A stretch of 64,000 bases of DNA. Origin: Rickettsiales bacterium (ex Bugula neritina AB1) (GTDB lineage Bacteria > Pseudomonadota > Alphaproteobacteria > CAJXXZ01 > UBA1459). Under the pieces are notes generated by a model. The model had not been told where the DNA came from. It made no database searches and saw only the letters and a program-made list of their open reading frames with translations. Positions 31,948-42,222 of this stretch are shown here, in pieces (positions within the stretch are counted from its first letter, which is position 1; each line of letters opens with the position of its first letter). The stretch lies in contig MDLE01000006.1 in NCBI GenBank assembly GCA_001730065.1, positions 74,938-138,937 of the forward strand. Reading direction: 5' to 3'. The position numbers were made by a program, and so were the translations under genes.

Positions 31948-32563
31948 CTGTTTTTAAAATCTCATGGATTAATTTTGTTTTCCAATTAAATAAATTGTTA
32001 TATATACCTACCCAACTATTAATTTCAGAAAATATACTACGATTGTTATTAGGGCAATTTTCACATTTTTTTTGACGACATACTAAAAAAAAACTTGGAA
32101 AAGAAGTAATAGTAGGTAATCTTCTTTTGATATCCTTTAAAGAATTTATATTTTCTTCATAATTTATCATAAATACTAAAATTTTACGATGAGATTTTTT
32201 ATCATGGGAATTTTTATAATTTTTAAAATTTTTATTTAGTTCTTCTACTAGTATATCTAATATACTTTTATGCACTTCCTTTGTTTCACCTGTTTTTTTA
32301 TCTTCTTTTAAGGAAATATTAAAAGTACTTATTAATCTTCTACAAGGAGGACATTCATGATTTGTAAATATAAATAAAATAAATGGAAAAAGTATTCCTT
32401 GTGCATCAACTGTATTAAGATTGTCTAATGTTTTTGATTCTATTTTTGATACAGGTTGTTTCATAAATTCATCTATAATTAGTTTTTTTTCTTCTCTTGT
32501 CATAATAGGACTTGTAAAAGTAAAGTTATTAAAAAAAATAATTAGTAATATATAAAATTTCAT
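31922..32563 (-). CDS. secreted thioredoxin-fold protein with CPPC motif
   Basis: Signal peptide MKFYILLIIFFNNFTFTSP, FTNHECPPCRRL, later SFPSFFLV. Paralog of 4179..4616. Its 3' end overlaps the ybeY start by 26 nt. Confidence 0.55.
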   Translation of the reverse strand: MKFYILLIIFFNNFTFTSPIMTREEKKLIIDEFMKQPVSKIESKTLDNLNTVDAQGILFPFILFIFTNHECPPCRRLISTFNISLKEDKKTGETKEVHKSILDILVEELNKNFKNYKNSHDKKSHRKILVFMINYEENINSLKDIKRRLPTITSFPSFFLVCRQKKCENCPNNNRSIFSEINSWVGIYNNLFNWKTKLIHEILKTVESHQYEK

Positions 32564-32690
32564 ATTAACTATATATTATACATTAAATATATAAGAATAA
32601 TTAATATTTGTTTATTTTTAAAAAAAATATGAAATATTTAAATAATTTTAACTTACATAAATATTTATGTAGTAGAATTAAAAATAAAAT

Positions 32691-33362
32691 ATGCAAATTA
32701 TATATGGTTATCAATCCGTCAAAGAGGCGTTAAATAATAAAAACAGAAAAAAATACAAGTTATTTTTATCCACAAATAAAATTTTTAAATATGATAATAT
32801 TATTAAAATCTCTAAAGAAAAAATGTATAAAATATGTCAATCTAATGATCATAATGGTGTAGCATTAGAAGTAGATCAATTTTGTCATTTTGCATCTTTA
32901 AAAGATATGGGTTCTAAAATTTTAATTATTAGTTCCATGGAAGATGTAGGTAATATGGGGGCTATTATAAGATCTGCGGCGGTCTTAGGATATAATGTTT
33001 TACTAGGAACAAAGAATACAAGTATTATTAATGGACGTATGGTAAAAAATGCTTCTGGTGCTTTTGAGTTTGTTAAAATACATATATGTAAAAATTTGTA
33101 TAGTAGTATTATTGAAATAAAAAACCAAGGTTATAAAATTTTTGCAATGAGTGAAAAATATTTAAATAAACCTTATAATAAAGAACAAAATTATAATAAA
33201 ATTGCTCTAATTATAGGTGGAGAATCACAAGGTATAGATTCACAACTTTTATCTAAAATAGATGTATTTTTTAAAATACCTGGTACAAAAAAATTTAATA
33301 CATTAAATGCTAGTGTTGCAGCTGCAATAGGTATGTTTAAATTTGGAAATATAAATTTATGA
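32691..33362 (+). CDS. SpoU/TrmH-family RNA 2'-O-methyltransferase (RlmB-like)
   Basis: IYGYQSVKEAL N-terminal substrate-binding domain. SPOUT motifs GNMGAIIRSA, IGGESQGI and LNASVAAAI. Confidence 0.8.
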   Translation: MQIIYGYQSVKEALNNKNRKKYKLFLSTNKIFKYDNIIKISKEKMYKICQSNDHNGVALEVDQFCHFASLKDMGSKILIISSMEDVGNMGAIIRSAAVLGYNVLLGTKNTSIINGRMVKNASGAFEFVKIHICKNLYSSIIEIKNQGYKIFAMSEKYLNKPYNKEQNYNKIALIIGGESQGIDSQLLSKIDVFFKIPGTKKFNTLNASVAAAIGMFKFGNINL

Positions 33363-35500
33363 AAATATGTATTTTATGTGGTGGTATATCTGATGAAAAA
33401 AATATCTCTATTAGTTCTGGAAGGAGTATGTATCATATTTTATCAAAAAATCATCAAGTAAATATTATTTTTATAAGTAAAGATTTAAAATTTTATTTTC
33501 TCAAAAAAAAATTTATTTATTCTAATACAACAGAAGATTTTGAATATTTTTATAAACAACAAAAAGAAATTTCTAACATTGTAGATACATTAAAAAAATA
33601 TCATAAAGTTTTCCCAATCTTACACGGTAATTTTGGAGAAGATGGACAAATACAAAAATTTCTTATTGACAATAATATTCCATATATTGGTGAAGACGTT
33701 AGTACTTATATAAATACTTTTTTAAAGAATAAAACTTTAGATTTATTGTGGAAAAATAAAATATGTAAACCTTGGTTTTCAGAAATATATGAAAATGATA
33801 ATCAATTACAAAATGCTATAAACAAATATAAAACTCTTTGTATAAAGCCTAATAATTCTGGATCATCAATAGGTGTAAAATTTGTAAATAACTTTAAAGA
33901 AGCAAAGGAACATATTAATTTTTTATTACAAAACGAGTACAATTATCAACCTTTAATAGAAGAAGTTCATAAAGGTAAAGAATTTGCAGTAACTGTTGTA
34001 GGGGGGAAGGTATTTACACCTATCGCAATCCTCACAAATGGTATTTTTGATTATTATAAAAAATATTTTCCTAGTAATAATGTAAAATTTTTATCTCCTC
34101 CACATTTTCCAAAGTTAATTATAGATACTATTAAATCCTCTTGTGAAAAAATTTATAAAATATTTAATTTTAAATATTTTTTACGTATTGATGGTATATA
34201 TATACAAAATAAAAAAGAAATTAGATTTACGGATTTAAATTCTATTCCTGGTTTTGAAATTAATAGTATATTTTTTAAGAATAAAAACCATTATAAAATC
34301 ATCAATCAAGTTATTTCTTCAGGTAATAGTCGAAAAATTTATAAAAATATTATAAATCTTTTCATTATATTTGGTGGTGAAAGTTCTGAAAAGAATATAT
34401 CTGTTCATAGTGGTATTAATGTATTTTTTAAATTATATGGTGATAAAAATTATAATATAAGAATTTTTTTTATGAAAAAAAAAAATTATATATATGAATT
34501 AGATTATGAGGAAGTATTTCAAAACTCTGTAAGAGATTTTACGTCTATTATTAATAATAAGAAACCTTTAAATTTAAATGATTTTATACTTTTGTGTAAA
34601 AAAAACTCTTGTATTGTATTTATTTGTCTTCATGGTGGTTTTGGAGAAAATGGTAAATTACAAAAAATTTTAGAAAATAATAAAATTGATTATACAGGTA
34701 GTTGTAGTAATATAAGTAAATTATGTATAGATAAATACAAATTAATTGAAATTTTACATAAAAATATAAAATGTAAAAGTATAAAGTTTTATAAAATTCC
34801 TACTATTTATATTAAAAATATTTATAAAATTTCCAACAATGAAATTATTGAAAACTGGAAAAAAATAAAAAATTATGGAGATATTATTATTAAACCTAAT
34901 AATGATGGGTGTTCTGTTGGTGTTTATAAAATTAAGAATTTAGAGGATTTACAATCTTATATTAATAAAGTACAAAATAATGAAATATTAATATATAATC
35001 AAGAAGATAATAGTGATATATATTTAAGTCAAATATCAAAAAAATATCTATTAATGGAATATATAAAAATTGATAAAATTGATTTTAAAAACCTTCAACA
35101 TATAAAAAAAACAGGATGGTTAGAATTAACAATTGGTACATTATCTCAAAAGGTATTTCATCCAACCGTTTCCATAAACAAAAATAACATACTTACAATT
35201 GAAGAAAAATTTTTATGTGGAGGCGGTACTAATATCTTGGTACCATCTCATATTATTAGTAATAGCCAAATAAAAAATATTAAAAATTTTTTTAAAAAAG
35301 TTATTAAATTTTTAGAAATTCACACTTATTGTCGTATTGATTTTTTTTATAATACAATTACTAATCAATTAGCAATCATAGAAATTAATACATTACCAGC
35401 TTTAACATTTGCAACTGTATTATTTCAACAGGCAATGAATAGTAACATAAATCCAATAAATTTCCTAAAAAAAATAATTTCTATTAGTAAAAAAGACTAA
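33359..35500 (+). CDS. ddl: tandem-fused D-alanine--D-alanine ligase (two complete Ddl modules in one polypeptide)
   Basis: Module 1: ILCGGISDEKNISISSG, LHGNFGEDGQIQ, IKPNNSGSSIGV, LRIDG, LNSIPG. Module 2, from about aa 330: IIFGGESSEKNISVHSG, LHGGFGENGKLQ, IKPNNDGCSVGV, CRIDF, IEINTLPA. Confidence 0.85.
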   Translation: MKICILCGGISDEKNISISSGRSMYHILSKNHQVNIIFISKDLKFYFLKKKFIYSNTTEDFEYFYKQQKEISNIVDTLKKYHKVFPILHGNFGEDGQIQKFLIDNNIPYIGEDVSTYINTFLKNKTLDLLWKNKICKPWFSEIYENDNQLQNAINKYKTLCIKPNNSGSSIGVKFVNNFKEAKEHINFLLQNEYNYQPLIEEVHKGKEFAVTVVGGKVFTPIAILTNGIFDYYKKYFPSNNVKFLSPPHFPKLIIDTIKSSCEKIYKIFNFKYFLRIDGIYIQNKKEIRFTDLNSIPGFEINSIFFKNKNHYKIINQVISSGNSRKIYKNIINLFIIFGGESSEKNISVHSGINVFFKLYGDKNYNIRIFFMKKKNYIYELDYEEVFQNSVRDFTSIINNKKPLNLNDFILLCKKNSCIVFICLHGGFGENGKLQKILENNKIDYTGSCSNISKLCIDKYKLIEILHKNIKCKSIKFYKIPTIYIKNIYKISNNEIIENWKKIKNYGDIIIKPNNDGCSVGVYKIKNLEDLQSYINKVQNNEILIYNQEDNSDIYLSQISKKYLLMEYIKIDKIDFKNLQHIKKTGWLELTIGTLSQKVFHPTVSINKNNILTIEEKFLCGGGTNILVPSHIISNSQIKNIKNFFKKVIKFLEIHTYCRIDFFYNTITNQLAIIEINTLPALTFATVLFQQAMNSNINPINFLKKIISISKKD

Positions 35501-35505
35501 ATACA

Positions 35506-36948
35506 TTATAATTCTTTTGAAAAAAACATAATAAAATCTTTTTGAAAAATCATTGCATATATTAAGAACATGAATAATATACCTGATAAATTAATCCATA
35601 TACTTTTAAAAATAAAAAAATAGGAATGAACATATTTTATTAATAAAAATGCCCATAAAATTTTATAAAAAATATTTAAAATTAAATCATAATTTATAGA
35701 TAATATATTATATATATGACATTGATATAATAAATATAAAGTTCTTGCAAAAATACCTAAATTTAAACTCCATACACAACCAATAAAACCATATTTTAAT
35801 AATTTTACAGCCGTACATAAGTATGTAATATTATAAATTAAATATCCTATATTATAGGAGTTGTTTTTAAATTTAGTTAATAAAAATGTTTCCAATAAAC
35901 GTGTTGAACACCAAAATGGAATAGCAAGAGAAGATATTTTTAAAGATTGATTAATCCAAATTATATTTGTATTTTTATTACTACTGTATAGTAAATTAAC
36001 AATCATATCACTTTTAAAAAACATAAATATAGTAGGAAAAATAAATGCAAAACTACCAAAAAAGAAAAATTTTTTTACATACTCCTGAAATTTTTCACTG
36101 TGTTTATTTTTTGCTAATAATGGAGATATAACACTTGATAAATTTGCGGCCACAAGCATAAATACAAATTGTGTAATTCTTTCTCCATATTCTACATATG
36201 AAAAATCACCACTTTTTAAACGAAAAAATAAAAAATTAAATAATAATGTAATTATTTGATTAATAAATTGAAAAAAACCCATAGAAGATATAGATTTAAA
36301 AAATTTTTTAGAAAAAAAATAACCTGTAAAGAAATTATATTTTTTTACTAATATAAATAACATATATAAAACATGTAATAATTGATAACCAATAGTACCT
36401 ATTACTAATGGAAAAAATATAGTTTTTGTTTTTATTCCTAAATAAATGCAAAAAACATTAAACATACTGCCTAATACTAAACTAAAAGAAGAATGAAAAA
36501 AATGCTTATTAAAATTCAAAATAGCCGTTAAAAAACTAGACATAAACATTAAAAATGCTAAAGAAAACATATATTTTGCATACTTACTAACTAATAAAAT
36601 TTTTTTATTAATTTTAAATGAACCCATACAAATTTGCGTAAAAAATACAGGAAACAAACAAAATAATAAAGTAATAATAGAAAATATACTTGTAAAAACT
36701 ATTAGTACACCTAAACTAAAACCCCATTCTTTATTTTCTTTTTTGTATTCCGCAAAATATGTTGTAAATACTCCTCCAAAAGAACCATCCGTAAATATAC
36801 GTCTAAAAAACCCTATTAATCTAAATGCTAATAAAAAACAATCGGACTCAAATGAAGCTCCTATAAGTTTTTGAGTCAGATTTGTTCGTAATAATCCAAG
36901 AAATTTAATAATTAATCCAAAAAATGTTACCGTAAAAAAATGTCTCAT
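35506..36948 (-). CDS. murJ: lipid II flippase MurJ (MviN)
   Basis: The N-terminal block FLGLLRTNLTQKLIGASFESDCFLLAFRLIGFFRRIFTDGSFGGVFTTYF follows the MurJ signature. About 14 hydrophobic segments. Confidence 0.85.
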   Translation of the reverse strand: MRHFFTVTFFGLIIKFLGLLRTNLTQKLIGASFESDCFLLAFRLIGFFRRIFTDGSFGGVFTTYFAEYKKENKEWGFSLGVLIVFTSIFSIITLLFCLFPVFFTQICMGSFKINKKILLVSKYAKYMFSLAFLMFMSSFLTAILNFNKHFFHSSFSLVLGSMFNVFCIYLGIKTKTIFFPLVIGTIGYQLLHVLYMLFILVKKYNFFTGYFFSKKFFKSISSMGFFQFINQIITLLFNFLFFRLKSGDFSYVEYGERITQFVFMLVAANLSSVISPLLAKNKHSEKFQEYVKKFFFFGSFAFIFPTIFMFFKSDMIVNLLYSSNKNTNIIWINQSLKISSLAIPFWCSTRLLETFLLTKFKNNSYNIGYLIYNITYLCTAVKLLKYGFIGCVWSLNLGIFARTLYLLYQCHIYNILSINYDLILNIFYKILWAFLLIKYVHSYFFIFKSIWINLSGILFMFLIYAMIFQKDFIMFFSKEL

Positions 36949-37065
36949 GGTATTATAATAACAATAAAATATATAGATTATAAGTATTTTAAAGAAAAAA
37001 TTTAAAATACTTCATTAATAATTTGATAAATAATATCTTTTGTTTTAAAATTAAAATTAATATAT

Positions 37066-38397
37066 ATGAACGATAATACAATAGATTATTCAATTTTAGA
37101 AGAAATATGTAATACTTATGGGGTTACAGAAGAAGAAGTTTTAGTAATTTTAGAAGAAGTAGTGGAAGAAGCATGGCAAAATACTTTTGGAGATAAATAT
37201 ATTATTAAATTAGAAGTAAAAAATATAAAAAATAATAGATCTCAAAAAACACTTGCATTTCTTAGAGAAATCAAAGTGGTAGAAAATATATTAAATCCAG
37301 AATGTGAAATAGACATAAAATCTGCAAATTTTATTCAAAAAGATAGTAATATAGGAGATATAATCTATGAAAAAATTAATCCCTCAAAGATATCTCGTCA
37401 AAATTTTTATTTACTAGAAAAAAAACTTCACAAACTTCTTGTTTCTAATTTAAAAAAAAAAGAATTTGAAAAGTTTCATAATCTTGTAGGAACTATTATC
37501 TCTTGTACCGTAAAAAGTCAAAACTCTGATGGTATAATTGTAAGTATTGGTGGTGTTTTTGAAGGGATAATTACAGATTCGAGGAATAATTTTCATAGAA
37601 ATGAAGTATTTAAATCAGGTAGTAAAATTAAAGCTTATTTGTATAAAGTTAGGGAAACAGATAATTTAAAAGAATTTCAATTATTTTTAACACGTCGTAA
37701 CACAGAGTTTATCACAGGATTACTACAAGAATATATTCCTGAAGTTAAAGATAAAGTGGTAGTAGTAAGAGGAATTGCAAGACATGTAGGATATTTATCA
37801 AAAGTATTTGTGGCCTCTAATGATCCTCAAATTAATCCATTAATGGTTTGTATTGGTCGTAATGGTGAACGTATTAAAAGTGTTAACAATGAAATAAAAG
37901 GTGAAAAAATTGAAATTTTTGAATGGAAGGAACAACTTTTTGCGCGTATTGCAGCAGCTTTAGGTAAAAATGTTAAAATTCATAAATTTATTGTAGATGA
38001 AGAAGATGGAACGATTATTGTTGTTGTAGATAATACAATAGTGAGTAAATTAATAGGTTCAAATGGTATAAATATCAGTTTGATTTGTAGAGCTTTAGAT
38101 TTAAAAATTCAAATAAAAGGTATAAAAGATATTAGTAGTATGGAAGAAAATACTCCTCAAGATATGGTTGTTAATTTTTCAGAAATTATAGAAGAATTAA
38201 ATATTTCATATGAAACAGCAGAAATATTTTATCATCATAATATTTATTCTTCTAAAGATATAGTAAATATGAATCTGGAAGATTTTCTAAAAATTCCTAA
38301 TGCTACAAATACTATATATACAAAATCTTTACAAATACATGGTAAATTATATAGTAATAATAAAATATATGAATATGAAGAAGAAGAAGATATTTAA
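37066..38397 (+). CDS. nusA: transcription termination/antitermination factor NusA
   Basis: N-terminal domain, S1 domain (GTIISCTVKS...GIIVSIGG.EGII), two KH domains (CIGRNGERIK..., IGSNGINI). Confidence 0.9.
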   Translation: MNDNTIDYSILEEICNTYGVTEEEVLVILEEVVEEAWQNTFGDKYIIKLEVKNIKNNRSQKTLAFLREIKVVENILNPECEIDIKSANFIQKDSNIGDIIYEKINPSKISRQNFYLLEKKLHKLLVSNLKKKEFEKFHNLVGTIISCTVKSQNSDGIIVSIGGVFEGIITDSRNNFHRNEVFKSGSKIKAYLYKVRETDNLKEFQLFLTRRNTEFITGLLQEYIPEVKDKVVVVRGIARHVGYLSKVFVASNDPQINPLMVCIGRNGERIKSVNNEIKGEKIEIFEWKEQLFARIAAALGKNVKIHKFIVDEEDGTIIVVVDNTIVSKLIGSNGINISLICRALDLKIQIKGIKDISSMEENTPQDMVVNFSEIIEELNISYETAEIFYHHNIYSSKDIVNMNLEDFLKIPNATNTIYTKSLQIHGKLYSNNKIYEYEEEEDI

Positions 38398-38449
38398 TAT
38401 AAATAAATTAATAAATTGTTAATTTTAATATTAGAATATATACATTTAT

Positions 38450-39175
38450 ATGAATTATCTAAGATTTTTATTTTTTACATGTATTATAAATATAAATACT
38501 AATATAGAAGCATGTTGTTTTAATTTTAATGATATATGCTGTAAACCTCATTTTTTGTTTGGAATATGTATTTTTCAATTAATTTTTAATATTGTCATGA
38601 ATGTATTTAATTTATTAATAATAAAAGCAAATATGGTATTTTATATAATTAGTATTATATTCAATTTTATTTGGACATTTTTTGGTATGATTATGTTTTC
38701 TAATTACCCTACAAATAGTTCTAAAATAAAATGTTGTAAAATTTCTATAGTAATGTTACATTGTCTTCTACAAATTACTACATTAATTATGTATGTATTA
38801 TTTTTATATGATTTTTTCTCAAAAAATTTTTATTTTTATTTTTTGACGGGAGGAAATATTATATACGGATGGATAGGATTTTTTTGGGGTATAGATTTTA
38901 ATTGTGTAACGAATAATAAACAAGAAGTAAATTGTGGTATAATGGACAAATTATCATCATTTCCTCCTATAGAAGGTGATATGTTTATTATTGTATTATT
39001 GGTAATACAAATAATATTATTAATTTTAATGTTAATAGGTTTGGTACCTTATATAAGAGAGGAAAAAGCTACTGAAAGCAAAAATAGTAATAGCAATAAT
39101 AGTATACAATTAACGGGAATAATTGAAGACCCTAAAGACAAAACACAAAAAAAATCTTTATTAGAGAAAAATTAA
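38450..39175 (+). CDS. hypothetical polytopic membrane protein with Cys-Cys doublets
   Basis: 241 aa with several hydrophobic segments. CC doublets (EACCF, DICCK, IKCCK). Polar C-terminal tail. Confidence 0.45.
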   Translation: MNYLRFLFFTCIININTNIEACCFNFNDICCKPHFLFGICIFQLIFNIVMNVFNLLIIKANMVFYIISIIFNFIWTFFGMIMFSNYPTNSSKIKCCKISIVMLHCLLQITTLIMYVLFLYDFFSKNFYFYFLTGGNIIYGWIGFFWGIDFNCVTNNKQEVNCGIMDKLSSFPPIEGDMFIIVLLVIQIILLILMLIGLVPYIREEKATESKNSNSNNSIQLTGIIEDPKDKTQKKSLLEKN

Positions 39176-39202
39176 AATAAAAAAACATTTCTAAAACTAA
39201 AG

Positions 39203-39275
39203 TGCCTATTAAAGGATTTGCACCTTTGACCTTTTGATTACAAATCAACTGCTCTACTGACTGAGCTAAATAGGC
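39203..39275 (-). tRNA. tRNA-Thr (anticodon UGU)
   Basis: Acceptor GCCTATT/AATAGGC, D-arm GCTC-AGTCAGTA-GAGC, anticodon arm GTTGA-TTTGTAA-TCAAA, T-arm AAAGG-TGCAAAT-CCTTT. Confidence 0.85.
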
Positions 39276-39386
39276 GTTTTCCATATTATATAATTTTTTT
39301 TAAATAATTACAAGAAATTGCAAGAAAAAAACTATAAGAAAAAAGTTTTAATAAAAATTTAACTATTTATGATTATTTTATAAAAT

Positions 39387-40739
39387 ATGAAAAAATTTTT
39401 AAATCTATTTAAATGTTTGTGTTGTATATGTTCCGTTAGTACAATGCGTGAGACTTCAAGTCAACAAGCAATATACAATTACATTTCAGGCGAAGAAATA
39501 AAAAACGCATTAGAATTTTATTTAATGGTTTTTTATAATTATGATAAAGAAGATCAAGAAAAAACAATGTATGAATTAGCTAAAAATGAATCTTTTCAAA
39601 GTTTGAAATTTTTCCTTCTAAACAAATATCCATTTTTAAAAGAAAAAGATCTAAAAAAAACAAATTATAATGTTATTTGCTTTATAAACAATAAATTAAA
39701 ACTTCTTGTTGAAAATGAAACACTTCATGTTTTAGAAGATTTTATATTTACAGAATCTTTAAACTCTTTAATAGAATTTTTTACTGAAAAGTTTTGTAAA
39801 TCTAAAAATACACCTTTTAATTTTATTGATTTTCATCTAAATGATGTTTATGAACATCCAAACAACAAAGTTTTAAATGATATGTTGCAAAATTTATTTT
39901 ACTCTCTTACAGATTTTAATTATCGAAAACATACTCCTCGAGCAAACAAAACAACACCAAAAAGTACAACTAATAAATTAGTAATGTATTTGTCACAAGT
40001 AAAAGATTCATTATTCTTGACACCATCTCCTTTATTTGCTTTATATGTTTCAAAACCTGAATTTAATAGATTACAAGAACAATTTTTGAAAATTATAAAA
40101 AATATATCACCATCTATTTCTTTTCAAGAATTAATAGATATGATGACAAGATTTTATATTGATCTTAAGTTATATAAAGAGGTAGAAAGAACTACATTTG
40201 TACCCTTACCATATGCTGCGCGAGAAGGCGATGTTGAAGAATCTAGTTATATAATTATGAATGCAATATTAATAGAAATGTTTACAAAATATTTTCAATA
40301 CTTTCCGGAAGAAAAAACAAATCCAGAGTATAGTGACATATTAAATATGTGTAAAAACTGGTTGGAAGTATTGAATCCTGAGTTCGTTTATTCTACATTA
40401 TTTCCATTTGATGCATTAAATAAAGAAAGATTGATGAAGAGCAATCAAGAAGATATAAATAGTATATACGAAAAAACATCAAACATGCTAGAAAATATGA
40501 AACATAATATTTCTTCTTATGAATATCATACTTATTTTAAAGAAAATAAGAAGATGGTAGAACTTAATAGGAAATTACAAAATGTCATGAATAATAAAGA
40601 TATCATGAATAATAAATTTAATAATAAAATTACATGGTTTAACTTTGGTGAAAATTATAATATAGATTCACATAGTAATAGAATTGAATTCAATGAGAAA
40701 TATTTACCTTTTTTAGATGAGCAAGAAAAAAAAAAATAA
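39387..40739 (+). CDS. hypothetical protein (Cys-rich signal/lipoprotein-like N-terminus)
   Basis: 450-aa ORF with N-terminus MKKFLNLFKCLCCICSVS. No recognisable family. Confidence 0.45.
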   Translation: MKKFLNLFKCLCCICSVSTMRETSSQQAIYNYISGEEIKNALEFYLMVFYNYDKEDQEKTMYELAKNESFQSLKFFLLNKYPFLKEKDLKKTNYNVICFINNKLKLLVENETLHVLEDFIFTESLNSLIEFFTEKFCKSKNTPFNFIDFHLNDVYEHPNNKVLNDMLQNLFYSLTDFNYRKHTPRANKTTPKSTTNKLVMYLSQVKDSLFLTPSPLFALYVSKPEFNRLQEQFLKIIKNISPSISFQELIDMMTRFYIDLKLYKEVERTTFVPLPYAAREGDVEESSYIIMNAILIEMFTKYFQYFPEEKTNPEYSDILNMCKNWLEVLNPEFVYSTLFPFDALNKERLMKSNQEDINSIYEKTSNMLENMKHNISSYEYHTYFKENKKMVELNRKLQNVMNNKDIMNNKFNNKITWFNFGENYNIDSHSNRIEFNEKYLPFLDEQEKKK

Positions 40740-40789
40740 ATAAATATATATTTATTTTTTAATTAATATTTGATATCATACTATACAAT

Positions 40790-41236
40790 ATGATTAATAA
40801 ATGTATATTAATAGGTGATATATGGAAATTACCAGAAGAAAAATATATTAATAATAATGAAAATTTAAGAATTTGTACACTTTTTTTAGTAACAAAAGAA
40901 TATCATTTAGATAGAAGTAAGAATACAGAAGAAGAAAAAGTTTATATAGAACATAAAGAATGGCATCAAGTAACTATTTTTAATAGAAATGCAGAATATG
41001 TAATGAAAAATATTAAAATTGGAGATATTGTTTATTTAGAGGGACAAATACAAACACGTATAATTGCCCCTAAAGAAGGTACGGACGAAAAAAAAAAATA
41101 TATAAAGGAAATTATTGTAAAAGACAGGGGTATTATAAAGAAAATTTATTCAAAAAAACCTGTTATGAATAATAGTTCAAGTAATAATAATGAAGAAGAA
41201 GATAATTTTGAATTAGAAGAAGAAGTTGTATTTTAA
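40790..41236 (+). CDS. ssb: single-stranded DNA-binding protein
   Basis: OB-fold core (N.C.LIG......WHQVTIFNRNAEYV...IKIGD.VYLEGQIQTR) and acidic C-terminal tip EEEDNFELEEEVVF. Confidence 0.85.
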   Translation: MINKCILIGDIWKLPEEKYINNNENLRICTLFLVTKEYHLDRSKNTEEEKVYIEHKEWHQVTIFNRNAEYVMKNIKIGDIVYLEGQIQTRIIAPKEGTDEKKKYIKEIIVKDRGIIKKIYSKKPVMNNSSSNNNEEEDNFELEEEVVF

Positions 41237-41262
41237 ATAATTTTTTATAGTTATAATAATAT

Positions 41263-42222
41263 ATGCATAATATTAATATAAATATTTATTTTTTAATAAT
41301 TATTATATATTGTACATGGTCGGCATTAGAGCCATTTATATATGGTTTAGTACTTGCAGGAATATTAAAACCTATTTACAATAAAATTGATGATTATTTA
41401 AATAATAAGTTTGTAAGTAGTTTTTTATCTGTATCATTAATTATTACTATTATTATGATTTTTACTTATATATTTAAAATATTTGTTTATGATGATTTAT
41501 TAATATTTTTAATGAATAATAATGATAAATTACTAGCACAATCTATTAATGAAAAACTTATTATTTTAAATAACAATGATAATTATTTAGGTTTTTTTGA
41601 TGGTATTGTTAATTATTTTACTTTATCTGTTTTTGGAATATTAGAAGGAAGTAATAGTTTAACAATATATCTTTTATCTTATGTTTTTATTATAATTATT
41701 TCTAGTATATTTTTTTTAAGTAATCTTGATAATATATACGATTTTATATACCATAAGAAGTTTGAAAAATATTTCAATATTACAAAATTTATAAAACAAT
41801 CTTTAGATATATTAATAAATTATTACTATACTTATTTAAGATGTATTTGGCATATGGGGAGTTTTTTTTCTATTCTTATAATTAATAGTAGTATACAAAA
41901 AAAATTATTATATTTTTATATCACATGGATATTTATTTTTTTACCAACTATATCTTCGACTGTTAATTTATTTATTTTCTTGTTATTTAATACTATTCAA
42001 CAAAATAATATTTTTTTTCCCCAAGAATTACTTATATTTGTATTTTTTTATATTTATGAAAATTATATTTTTATTCCAAAATGTTTAAATAAAATCTTTA
42101 ATATTAACAACTTTACTATTTGGTGTTCAATAATAATTTTTGGAAAATTAATGGGATTTTTAGGTATGATTATTGGAATTCCATTAGCAAAAATTTTACT
42201 AAATATATACGATGAGAGATAA
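41263..42222 (+). CDS. AI-2E/PerM-family membrane transporter-like protein
   Basis: Polytopic. The N-terminal LEPFIYGLVLAGILKPIYNKI and C-terminal GFLGMIIGIPLAKILLNIY resemble the conserved ends of the AI-2E (UPF0118) family. Confidence 0.5.
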   Translation: MHNININIYFLIIIIYCTWSALEPFIYGLVLAGILKPIYNKIDDYLNNKFVSSFLSVSLIITIIMIFTYIFKIFVYDDLLIFLMNNNDKLLAQSINEKLIILNNNDNYLGFFDGIVNYFTLSVFGILEGSNSLTIYLLSYVFIIIISSIFFLSNLDNIYDFIYHKKFEKYFNITKFIKQSLDILINYYYTYLRCIWHMGSFFSILIINSSIQKKLLYFYITWIFIFLPTISSTVNLFIFLLFNTIQQNNIFFPQELLIFVFFYIYENYIFIPKCLNKIFNINNFTIWCSIIIFGKLMGFLGMIIGIPLAKILLNIYDER

